NCBI GenBank assembly: GCA_964187785.1
Contig: OZ076409.1
Location: forward strand, 51,524,001-51,588,000
Reading direction: 5' to 3'
DNA from: Amphiscolops sp. MND2022
Taxonomy: Eukaryota
DNA length: 64,000 nucleotides
In this document: piece after piece, positions 1 through 11,900 of the stretch
Layout of the letters: each line of letters starts with the position of its first letter
Numbering within the stretch: the stretch's first letter is position 1
Made by a program: the position numbers and the translations under genes
The notes under the pieces: generated by a model
What the model was told of the DNA's origin: nothing
Seen by the model: only the letters and a program-made list of their open reading frames with translations
Database searches by the model: none

Positions 1-453
1 GAAGAGCCGACTATAGTCATGGCTTTTCGTCGGTTTTTTAATTTTTTTCGATACACCTGAAGTGCCCAAAATAGTTCTACCAAAAGTTCAACAAAATTTA
101 GCCCAGGGAACTGAACCAAAAAGGTTTCCCGTGTAACATACAATACCAGACGAGACTAAAGGATCCCCTTTTCAGTGTTTTTCGGCATTGTGAGATTTTT
201 TTGGAAAAAAAATGTTTCCCCAAAGGTCCCCTTCAATTTTTTGGATTTTTTCGACAGAATGGATGTTGAAAAATCCCAAAGGGTCCCCGTCCCCCTTTCA
301 TTTTTTTCGGCATTGTGAGACATTTCACTAAAAACAACGTTTTGCGAGCATAGAGCACTCCTTAGGATTTTGCCACTATTCCTCAATTTTTAGTTTTTTT
401 AGATGTCTTGTCTCCAGTTGGGGAAAATGTGGTTCTCAAGTCTTATGCGTATC

Positions 454-814
454 TTTTTTTAGTCGGCGCTTTTCGTAGAAAATGCAAACTATAGCAGTGA
501 CTTTTCTTTTTTTAAGACCAACGAAGTGACAAAGTTTTATAAGCTGGCTTGTACTAACATTAACTGCCACACTACTTCTACTGGCACTTGAGGTTAATTA
601 GGTATTTTTGAGGTCCCCTTTTACATTTTTCGGCACTATGCGACTTACCGGAGAACACAAAAAAATTTTTTAAAAAATTCGAAAAAATTCGGATTTTTTT
701 TTCATTTTTTTCCTCGTGCATGTGCTGTAGAAGAAAACACTTTGATACTTTGAAGTCCTTTTGCTGTTTTTGAGCCTTAGATATGGCGCCGACTTGGGCC
801 TGTCCCGGCTTGTT
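454..814 (+). mobile_element. Helentron-like non-autonomous element, family A
   Basis: 5' tttt-agtcggcgc, 3' gcgccgact followed by a small hairpin and ttgtt; many copies in the window. Confidence 0.6.
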
Positions 815-1469
815 CATTATTCATGCTAAAAAAGATGCAATTTAGCTGCACGAAATTAACAGTATTTCCATTGGCTGATTAGATATTGCATCTCAAATTT
901 TTTATGCGGTCTCTATTATGGCGGTATTTCTGCAGTCACTGGAAAAATTCTCTATACTACTTGCTGTTCTTTGGTTGTAAAAGTTTGATGAACATTATAA
1001 CTGTGTCAACTTGTATATAGACATTGAGATTCAGACATTAAAATGCGGATTTATACTACCAAAATGGTCTCCATTATAATCGTTCTGAAAATTTTCGGCG
1101 ATAACTTATATCGAAGTTTGAGAGTCATAATTTTCTTTTAAAAATGTGCCCGGCTATTATAGTGACTAGTTTTGAATTTTTCGTAAGACTACAGAATGTA
1201 TGCGAATGGTACACTTTTCAACAGTTTGTTCATACCGCCAGTAGTTAGAATGCGCGCTTCCCTAGCAGATGGTCGTCAGTTCGATGCCTTACTCGGACTA
1301 AGTATCTTTGTTTGCAAAAACCTTGACATGTCAAAGGATTCCCCTTTGGTGTTTTTTTTTCGACAGCGGCTTTTTTTACACTTGCGATAAGCAAGTGTTA
1401 TGGGAAAGTGCGGGTGCTTTATTTTTTCCGCGCGACAACTCTCTCGTTTCAGACTGCAAGTCGCATAAT

Positions 1470-1547
1470 TCAGACTTTTTTGGTCTAGCGGAAGATGCTT
1501 GCTTTTCAACCCAGAGGGTCCGGGTTCGAACCCGTGCCTATGCGCCA
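1470..1547 (+). repeat. tRNA-derived segment (Glu-like) embedded in an interspersed repeat
   Basis: tggtctagcgg A-box-like, ttttcaa loop, gggttcgaaccc B-box, ends in cca; stems poorly paired. Confidence 0.4.
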
Positions 1548-2707
1548 ATTTTTTTTTACAAAATTTTCGAAGCAGAAGATTCTCACTTTTTTCGACAATA
1601 TGAGACGCCCCCCCCCCTCCCCCTTTTCGGCTTTTTGAGACTTATTTTCGAAAATTTTTTAATGTCCCCAAAGGGTTCTCCCTTCATTTTTTTTGATATT
1701 TTGCAACAGAACGAACGTTAAAAAATTCAAAAGGGTCTCTTCTTTCAGATTTTTCGGCACTATGAGACTATTAAAAATTCGCATATTTTCCGAAGTCTCA
1801 AAATGGTCCCCCTTCAATTTTTTTGAAATATCGCAAAAGAATGGATGTTAAAAAGTTTCAAAGAACCCCCCTTTCACAGTTTTCAGCCTTGTGAGATTTT
1901 TCAAAAGTAATAATTTTTGTCTTAAAGTTAGGTTTTCTCAGGCCCAGCACGCTATTTCCGATTTTTTTTCAAAGACCGGTGTTTTTCATATGCGACTTTT
2001 TCAATTTTTTTTTCATCGAAGTCCCCCCTCAATTTTTACCAAAAATGAAACGTTTTGTGACTCTAAAGGACTCGTCAAGGTTTTCGGCACTATGCGACTT
2101 CAAAAAAATTGCCGGTGACCTTCAAAAAAATTTTTCGAAAATATTTTGGAAAAATTTCGGAAAATTTTTTGCCAAGCAGAAGGACATGGGTTCGAGTCCC
2201 GCCCTTGAACAAAATTTTTTTGTGCAAATTTTTTTCGGCTTTGTGAGACTTTTTTTCGCAAATATCTCCAAAGGGTCCACCCGTCATTTTTTTGTCTATT
2301 TTGCAAAAAATGGATGTTCAAAGACTCCCAGAGTGCCCCCTTTTACATGTTTCGGCACTATGCGACTTACCGGAAACCAAAAAAATTCGAAAAAAAAATT
2401 TAAAAAGTTCGGAATTTTTTTTCCAATTTTTCCTCAAGCGGGTACTGTAGAAGAGAATACTTGACACTTTGAAGTCCTTTGCTATTTTTGAGCCTTAGAT
2501 ATGGCGCCGACTTGGGCCGTTCCCGGCTTGTTTTAAATAGAATGGCCCACCGGGTGTTTTCAAAATGGAATGAAAACTTTTCACATGGAAATGAAATATC
2601 CTTCAAATTTTTGATATCCCGTAGTCGTGATATGCGACAATATAAAACCTTAAACAAAGTTTTAAAATTCAATTGTATTTTTTATTGAAAGTTTTATATT
2701 TCTTCAG

Positions 2708-2990
2708 GCATGTGCAGCGAGTATGCACGAAGGCTCACTTTCACTACCTGGCCCCACTATTCATACAAATGGGCCAAACCGGACTCAATGGCAAAGGCTG
2801 GTTTTTATCACATGAAGGGTGCCCACAACGGAAAAGACGGAGCCCAGTGTTTCAAATGCAGAATCAGTTTGGTCAAATGGGAGGCGAGTGACGAACCATG
2901 GAACGAGCATGAACAGCATTCTCCAAGCTGCCTCTTTCTGAAAGGCGATCCTACTCATAACGTACCTATCGCTGATACTGTTGCATTCAG
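2708..2990 (+). CDS. BIRC6: BIRC6 exon encoding the BIR domain
   Basis: RRLTFTTWPH...MAKAGFY...CFKC...WEASDEPWNEHEQHSPSC (CxxC..H..C); acceptor cttcag, donor gtgaac; phase 2 joins the exon at 22850. Confidence 0.93.
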
Positions 2991-5900
2991 GTGAACCATT
3001 TTCAACCTATTACTCAAAATTGACGATGAGCGAAGATTCAGCTGCAGTGAAGCTCATCATTCAATTTGAACTGAAGCATTTATTTTTAATCTTTTCGAGT
3101 TTTAGTCCCGCTTTTTCAAAGTGCAGACTGGTCATGACTTTTTTAAAAACCACGACGTAGCAGATTTTATAGATTTTATTGTTTCCTGCAGTCGCGGAGC
3201 ATATTCAAGGCTCAACCAAAGCCCAAATTATATACTTTTACGTTTTTTAATCGATGCTTCCGTAGAAAGAGCAAATAATAGTAGTGACTTTTCTTTTTAG
3301 TCCTCGCTTTTAAAGAAAAGTGGCCGACTCTTCCATTGGGTAGATTTTTTAGACATGTATGTAAGGTCCACTTTTTTGTTCATTTATTTAACTTGAACTA
3401 TTCCAAAACATACTCCAAACGTCAGAACCTCGTCCAAAACAAAACCGACGTCCAGAGCTTCGAAAACATACTAAGGATCCCTACTTTGGCTACCTTGGTG
3501 TTTTTAACTTTGATTTTTTTCGGCACTCAGACTTTTTTTGCAAAAATTTTTTGATTGCACCAAATGGTCTCCCCTTCAATTTTTGATAGTTTGCAACAGA
3601 ATGGATGTTAAAAAATCAAAAAGGGCCCCCTTGTATATTTTTCGCCACTGTGACACCGTTCAAAATTCTCATTTTTTGATTGTTTTGTCGAAACTTTTTT
3701 TAAAGTCCAAAGGGTCCCCCGTTCAATTTTTTTTTCACATTTTGCAACAAACTAGTTTCAAAAAGCCCAAAGGGTCTAATCGTTTTAGGGGAAACCCAGC
3801 GGTCGCGGGTTTGAGTCCTTTCAGCCAGAATTCCTTTCGTGCATTTACAATACCGGGCGAGAACAAGGTCACCCTATGTTTTTTGGCCTTGTGAGACTTT
3901 TTCGAAAAAAAAATTAATGTCTCCAAAGTTTCCCCTTCAATTTTTTTGATATTTTGCAACATAATGGCTGCTGAACATCCCAAAGGGTCCTCCCATTTAC
4001 AATTTTTGGCATTGTGAGATTTTTCACTATGATTACTTTTCGTCTTAAAATTAGGTTTTCTCATTGGCCCAGTACGCTATATCCGAATTTTGTTTTTTAA
4101 TACCGACGTTTTTATGCGACTTTTTCTGATTTGTTTTTATTGAAGCCAACCCCTCGATTTTTACAAGAAACGAAATGCATAGAGAACTCCTTAGGGTTTT
4201 CGGTACTATGCGACTTACAAGAAACCTTCATCGAATTTTTTTTCAATTTTTTGTTTTTTGAAAGTCTTCAGTTGGGGAAAACGTGGTTTTCGAGTCGAAT
4301 GCGTATCAGTAGTAATAGCAGGGGGGGGGGGTTAATGATGTTTTGGGCTCCCAACCGAAATTATTCTAAGTCAGAAACCTATCTCACTTTTAGGGCTCCC
4401 AACCGAAATTATTCTAAGTCAGAAAGGTTAAAGTTCATTATAACCATACTGAGCGGAATGTATGCCAATTGTCATGAATGTTTACTAATGCAAACTAATG
4501 ATGAAGGTGCATTCTGAATTCAATACATTTCAATAATGGTAACTGAGATTCAACTTTTATTGATTTTATCAACTAATTTTGCCATTTCCTGACAATTCAC
4601 GAAAGTTATCATAGAAAGTAGCCAAAAGAACAAAATTGAATAGAATTATAACATTGATTAAGAATTCAAGGAAACACGATATTTCTGATTGAACAACGAA
4701 AACCCTTTTATTCCTGAATTCCGAAACTTAGAAAAACAGGGTAAAATTCCATGGAAAAAAACATCGATCATAGTCTCATTCCAGATGAAAATTTTTAGGA
4801 GTCGGAAAAATTTTCGACTACTTATGCAATCGGATCGTTTTTTCTCCCGACCTTTTATGAAAATTTCAAATTTCTCAAAAACTGTCCATATGATTTTCAT
4901 GAAATTTTGCACAATCATTTTACACCGAAAGGGGCCCCTGTCTGCGCAATGGCGTCAAAATTGTATGACTGGAATGTGAGAAACATAGCCAAAAACAGCC
5001 ATTTTTCGATTTTCTCAAAAACTGTCCATACGATTCGAACGAAATTTTGTAGAGCCATTCTACACCATATCATGATCCTTTGTGTGCAATTTTATCAAAT
5101 TCGTATGACTGGTATTCGAGCGAGTCAGAAGGAAAAAGACCTAATCCGACTCCTTTACCGCATATGCGGCTCTGGTAACTATTGCTTTAGTTCAAAATCA
5201 AATGTGCGTCTTTGTGTAATTCAAATTTCGAAATTTCATGTGCATAGAAAGATTGGAACGAGACTATGATGACAAATATTCTAAACAAGGCATTCGTCTA
5301 AAATGTATTCATGCCGTGAATGTGGAAAAATTCTTGTATCACAGCGGGCCCTCACTAATCATCTCAGAACGAAACACCCCAATAGCAATAACGCAACCAA
5401 AGTCTTTCAGTGTGGCCACTGCTCTGTAGCATTCACTCAAACTAAAAATTTGCTGAGGCATTTACGCTCTCAGCATAATATGAATGAAAGCCATCGATGT
5501 CCTGCTTGTCCAACTATTTTTGGTTCACTGACAACTCTGAACGAACATGAGGAAACAGTCCATTTGCACCAACCTCTACCAATTACCCACTCAGCGTCAG
5601 CAACTGTAGAGTTTACCACTCAGGCGTTCAATTCTCGCTTTCAAATCCATCGAATGAAAATGGAAGATTCGGGGTTCATTGACCCGTTCAATTGCCTGGT
5701 GTCGTTCAAAAACGAATTACTGGCCTTTATTAATTCAAAATTGCAAGTTGCGAGAAGCGTTAGGATTGGCTTCTCAATCGCCGTTCGCCTCATGAAACCT
5801 TTACTAGATGAAACAACTGAAGCTTACTTCAATTCGAATATGGCAAGGGTGTCAGTTGAAATGACCATGGATGAATTCTTGGGTCAAGTCGATCAGCTAA

Positions 5901-8900
5901 TGTCTCAGCTGAATATGTTTGCCACTGGCGGTTCAGGCTGGGTTGTCGATAGACTCTCCCGATTGGAAATTAAAACAGCTCAGATTGCCAGCTCACCTCC
6001 TGGCACATACATTGAGACTCCTCCAATCCTTCGAAATCTCAAAAAAAGTTTATTGAACATCGTCAATAAAAAAGATAGCTTCTGTTTTTTATATTGCATT
6101 GCAGCTGCGTTATTTTCTTTTGTTGGTTCTCCATTCAGACCGAAGAGTCATATGAAAAACATTGAAAAACTGAATTTCGACCCCAAGCAAATGCCAATGC
6201 CGCTTTCGGGAATTCGCTCATTTGAAATGAGAAATAAGTGCTCGATCAACGTTTACCAACTTGAGGACAACAAACTCATCAACATTTACAGCAGCAAGAA
6301 CAAGAAGTCAAGACGCCGAGTGGATCTTTTAAGACTTGTCAATGGAAAGCGCAGTCACTATTGTCTGATAAAAAATTTCTCAAACATTATTCATCATTTA
6401 TCACGATCTCCCAAAAAACGAGAAGCGGGCCCGAAGAGCCGTTTTTGCCGCAACTGTTACCAGCCGATAGCAAAACAAAACATGCAAAGGCACTTGAAGT
6501 TTTGTGAAACTAATGTCCCTCTGGAAATTGTGATGCCCGGGCAAGGCCGAGTTGTTGAATTTGTGAATTGGCAAAAAACACAAAGATGTCCTTTTACGGT
6601 ATACGCTGATTTGGAGGCGATCAATGTGCCACAGTCGGAATCGGGCTCCGACGCAAGATCCAAAACGCGTGAAATTGAGCGACAGTACCCTGCCAGTTAC
6701 GGAGCTGTTCTAATTGACATGAGAGGTGAGTGGTTCAGTTTTGTCGTTTTCAAAATTTTTTTCTGGGCTTCAAATATTTCTTTTCAGCTGATGGTGTTGT
6801 GAAAAGCTCCTTCTATCGCGGCCAGAATTGTATCGACAAATTACTTTCTGTTCTGCGTGAATGGACACTGTGGTGTTATCATGAGAAGCAAACTTTCCGC
6901 TGGCTCCGAATTTCAAAATCGGAGCGGGAAAAATATTTATCTGGAGATTCAAAAATCTGTTGTATTTGTGGCAAGAATGCTGAAAAGTCAACTCGGGTCA
7001 TTCATCATTGCCATTTGACTGGTGAAATCTTTGGGGTGGCACATTCAAAATGCAACCTCAGAGCAAGATCATCAAACTTCCTCCCAATTTTCTTTCACAA
7101 TTTCTCTCGATATGATTCGCACCACATTTTAAAAAATCTACAGCTGAAACCTGGTGAAAAACTTTCAGCAATATCCAAGACTGATGAAACCTACACTTCT
7201 GTTAGTATTGCCGTACCCGTTGGGAGTTATAAGGACAAACGTAATCGAATAGTGTCACTATATCATTCGCTCAGATTTCTCGACAGCTTACAATTTATGC
7301 CTCAAAGTCTTGACGCTTTGGCAAAAACGTTGCAGTCTAAGGATTTCGTTCACCTTCGTGGCTACTTCTCCAACATTTCGGAGGGGTTATTCAAAAAACT
7401 CATTAAAAAGGGTTATTTTCTCTACGGTTTTTTGGATAGCTTCAGCAAGTTTGAAGCACCTTTGCCACCATATGGTAACGACTGGAAAAACTCGTTGACG
7501 GGATCAATCGATATCACTAATGAAGAGTTTGATGAAGCTGTTTCTATCTACAACGCATTCTCTTGTAAAACACTCGGCGAGTATCATGATGTTTACTTAC
7601 AAACCGACGTTTTGCTTCTTGCTGGTATTTTTGAAAACTTTAGAAGGGTTTGCATCAAGGTGTACAAACTCGATCCGGCACACTTCTTTTCAGCCCCTAA
7701 CCTCAGTTGGGACGCTATGCTCATTTCAACTGAAGCCAAGCTGGGTTTGCTGGATGATATTGATAAACTATTGTTTTTCGAACGTTGTATACGTGGGGGA
7801 GTCAATGGAATTGGTGAAATTCGTCACTTTACGGCTAACAATCCTCTATTACCGAGTTTTGCTTCCAGTGAAACTACTACTTTTGGTGCCTTTTTCGATG
7901 TAACATCCCTTTACGCGGGTACAATGCAACAATTGATGCCAAGCGGAGATTACAAATGGAACACGTCTATCACTCTACAGGAATTGCTTGATACTCCAAC
8001 TGATTCACCTCTGGGTTACTTTGTTGAAGTTGACTTTCTATATCCCAAGCATTTACACGATGCTCACAATGGCCTCCCGCTGGCACCCGAGAAAAAGATA
8101 ATTCAACAATCTTGGCTATCTGACTATGCTGAAAGCTTCGGTGTTAAGCCGAGCAAAACAGCCAAACTGATAGAGACTCTCTTCGATAAGAAAAACTATG
8201 TATGTCACTATGAAAATTTGAAATTCTACGTTAAGCACGGTCTCGTTGTAGACAGAGTGCATCGTGTTTGCGAATTCAAACAGAGCAAGTGGCTCGGTGT
8301 CTACATAGAAAAAAAACACAGTAATGCGGAAACAAGCAGACAATGATTTCGAGAAGGCTTTTTTCAAACTGATGAGTAATGCTTGCTTTGGAAAGACCAT
8401 GGAGAATCTACGGAAGCGCAGCAACTTAAAGTTTGTTTCAAGTGCAAAGCAGGCGGAATCTTTTGTTGAGAAAGCATCTTTCAAGTCTTTTCAGGTCATC
8501 AACGAAAAACTTGTGAGTGTTTCCCTCAAAATGGCTTGTGTGGTGTGGGACAAACCAACTCCGGTTGGTGCTGCTATTCTAGATCTATCAAAACTTTCTC
8601 TCTACAAATTCCACTACGAAGTGATGATTCCTCGGTATACTGCAGCCCGATTGAAACTGGCATACAAAGATACTGATTCCCTCCTATACTGTATCGAGAC
8701 AAATGACTTGTACCAAGACATGGCATGTTTCAAGCACCTACTGGACCTTTCAGATTATCCACGTGAACATTTTTTGTATGATCCTACAAACAAAAAGGTC
8801 CCCTTGACAATGACAGATGAACTGCAGGGCAAAATCCTTCGCGAGGTAGTATGTCTGAGGTCCAAACTTTATAGTATAGATTTTGTTGGAGGTAAGAAGC

Positions 8901-11900
8901 AGAGCGCCAAAGGCGTCTCCAAAACGGTTAAAAAGACTCTGCATCACGATCTTTTCAAACAATGCCTTCTATCGAAAAAGAACTTCACCAAAAGAATGAC
9001 TCAACTTCGTTCCTTCAATCATCAAATTGTTGTAAACTCTGTCGACAAAATGGCTCTCAGCTCGTTTGACGACAAGCTGTACATAATGGATGATGGAATC
9101 AATTCTCTCGCCTATGGTCATTATAAAATACCTTCATCTCTCCGAGGTTAGTTTATTCAATTTCATTGAAAGATTTGCCCAAGTGCAAAACTTTCAAAAC
9201 TTTCTTGTAGGTTCCGTTGAACCCACAAATGACGAATCTACCGACTGTGAGAGTTTGAGGAGCTCAAGCAGCAGCAGCAGTAGTAGCAACACTAGCTTTT
9301 CCTCCCCAAGTGACAGTCACGAAAGTAGTAGTGGTAGTGGTTCATCAGATGAATCGTCGGCTTCTTTACCGAGTCACAGCAGTCCCCTGAAAAGAGCATG
9401 GCAATCGGCGAGTTTCAGTGAGTAGTAGTATCGATTCCAAAGCTACATTTATTCAAGAGCCTGCACTTTTAGCATGCCAGTCTGATCTTGGTTTTCTTTC
9501 AGCTGCCCCCGATCCTGGTCTTTATCAACAAACTTCAATACCCGACGTTGATGAGCTTTCGGATATTGTTGACTGGGACAATTTGTCTGTAGACCTTGAG
9601 GCTGATGAAAACCAAGACAAGTTCAACTGCCCGTTTATCAACTACGAGGCCCAAGAGTCGAGTGGTGATGATTGTATTCAAACCAATGAGCAACTTCCCT
9701 CGAGAAAATTGAACAGTCAAAGTCGTCGTAAAATACAAATTGTAGACTATTCTTCCAGTAGCGATGAAAACGACGCGACGCTAGGCCTGGCCTAGTCTTA
9801 TGAAAATGAAAAGACGGTTGCTATGAAAGTTTATTTGTATTCAAAACACAGTATATCTGAATAATGTATTGTATTTATCATTTATGAAACGGATTATTTC
9901 AATTTCACTACATAATTTCAATTTTTCATCGATTTGAGACAATTCGTAGGGTTTTTTTGCTATATAGTGAATCAAAAAGAGACAATAGAGACCACACATA
10001 TTGGAACTAGCATTTTGAAGTTTGAGTGCAATTTGTCGATATCCCGTTTTTCCATACAATTGATTCAGGCGATTGAAAAACATTGTGTAGACAGACACTG
10101 GTTGACCCAAACAGTCCCAGACGAACACCTGCATTTTCTTTTGTCCCTGCGCAATAGTAGCGCCGAGAAGCAACCAGTGCGATCCATGTGAGTTTCGCGG
10201 GGAAGTATTTACAATTTGAAACCAAACCAATCGTTCGCTTGCGAGAAAGTTTGTGGTCGTTTCAGTTGTGACTGGTTGCAAGTTGAAGTTGTCTGCTGAC
10301 CAAATTCCCGCAAAGGCTACGCTCAGTGTGGAGTTGCGAAGGATCATGTGTTTCAGAGTTGCGTTATCCATCATATGGTCTGTTTTTCTTTATATTTCTT
10401 GCTGAATCTATAGTGACTTGACTGAACCGTTCCCCAATCAAAAATAACTCGATTGCATCGTCCAGAGCTTTTTCAAAGTACAACTTTAAGGTTAGGCTGG
10501 AACCGGTGAGTTCGGGAAAGAGCGTAAAGTTTTTGCTAGCCTCCTCTGTTGAAGTCAGGTCAAAGACAAGGAAAAAATGATTGTCCTCGTAATCCTCAAG
10601 TTTGATTCCGTTACTTTTTTCCTTAAAGCCGAGTGCTGTTATCGTATTGTAATATAACCTCACATTGTTTGTGGTGTCTAGTGGAGTTCCTGCGAGCGGA
10701 ACCCCATTTCCCCGCTGAATTTCTACTCGCTGCAAGTTGAACTTTTGATAAGAGAATGGCGTTTCATTGAGTGGAGTACTCCGGAAAAGAGAATTTTTCA
10801 CCATACACAAAGTTAGACGCCGAATGGGCTCTGTCCCAAAAATATTCTCCTTTATGAAACAATTTTGTCCAGCTTGAATGATAAAACTTTTGTTCAAGCT
10901 TTCAATATAGGGATATATTGCCTCACTTTTCAATAATGCCCTCTCGATTGACAATTTGACACTGTCAGTCACGACCACTTTTCGAACAAAGAGAGAGGCT
11001 TTTTCAACAACTGGCAGTATTTTACCGTCAAGGTTCTTGGCATCGTCGTCAGTACCTTTTAGATGGGGAACAGTGTTGTTCGGAGATCGATATAGACGCA
11101 CATGTAGAGTTACATTTGGAAGCAAAAATTTCTCACAGTCCAAAAAGTCAAGGTGGAGAGCACCGCAGAGCTGAACTTTGCACTCCTTTTTTTCTGCAAA
11201 GCTGGCAGCGAGCTTGTTAAACTGTTGATCTTTTCCACTCGACTTGGCCAAATAATGATATCCTTGGCATTCGGCCCATGAGTCTTTGCTTTCCGTGTCG
11301 GTTGAAAGTTCAGTCTCTACAAATGCTGAATGCAAGTAACAATTATTGCTGTGAGAAATCAATTTTTCATTTAGGTAAAGTTCCGCATGTGAGAAGAGAG
11401 TGTGAAGAGTGTTGTTGGAGAAAACAACGTCAACATCACCAGGTTTGGCTTTTGTCTTGCCATCTTCAAGATAAATTGCTACTTCAACGCAAAGAATGAT
11501 GCGATTCAAGTCGATTAGGTTTTTAGCTTCCGCAGCAACAAAAAAGTCCAATTGAGGTCCACGGCAACCCACGTGTGGAAAAACTTCTTGATCGTAGGCT
11601 CCTTCATAGTTGATCATAACTCCTGGTTTCTCGAAAAAGTCCAACGCACTGTGTGTCACGGGCCTCGCAATCTCGCTTGCACTGCCGACAAATAAATTGT
11701 TGACGGACGCCAGCTTGACGATTTTTTAATTGGAATATTGAATTTCAGACAAAATGTTGGACCGACTTCTTTTGGCGGCTGTTTTTCGCGAAATGCTGGT
11801 CGAACTGTTTCGTTTCCTGTTGACCAATGCTGACACTGGCCGTTCGCCGCCTCCGACGCTGCCATTCGTCACCCGTCGAGCCGCCCCCGGTTTCCGCTCG

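Noticed and set aside
1470..1547. Functional tRNA gene
   Set aside because: Acceptor and anticodon stems do not pair well; embedded in a repeat
156..4064. Many K/F-rich short ORFs
   Set aside because: Translations of AT-rich interspersed repeats; only the BIR exon is coding
4131..4517. ORF similar to ORF 18237-18689
   Set aside because: The similarity comes from the TIRs; both ORFs cross the element boundary
9090..9795. Two independent small genes
   Set aside because: Better explained as in-phase spliced exons of the polymerase; the second has no ATG
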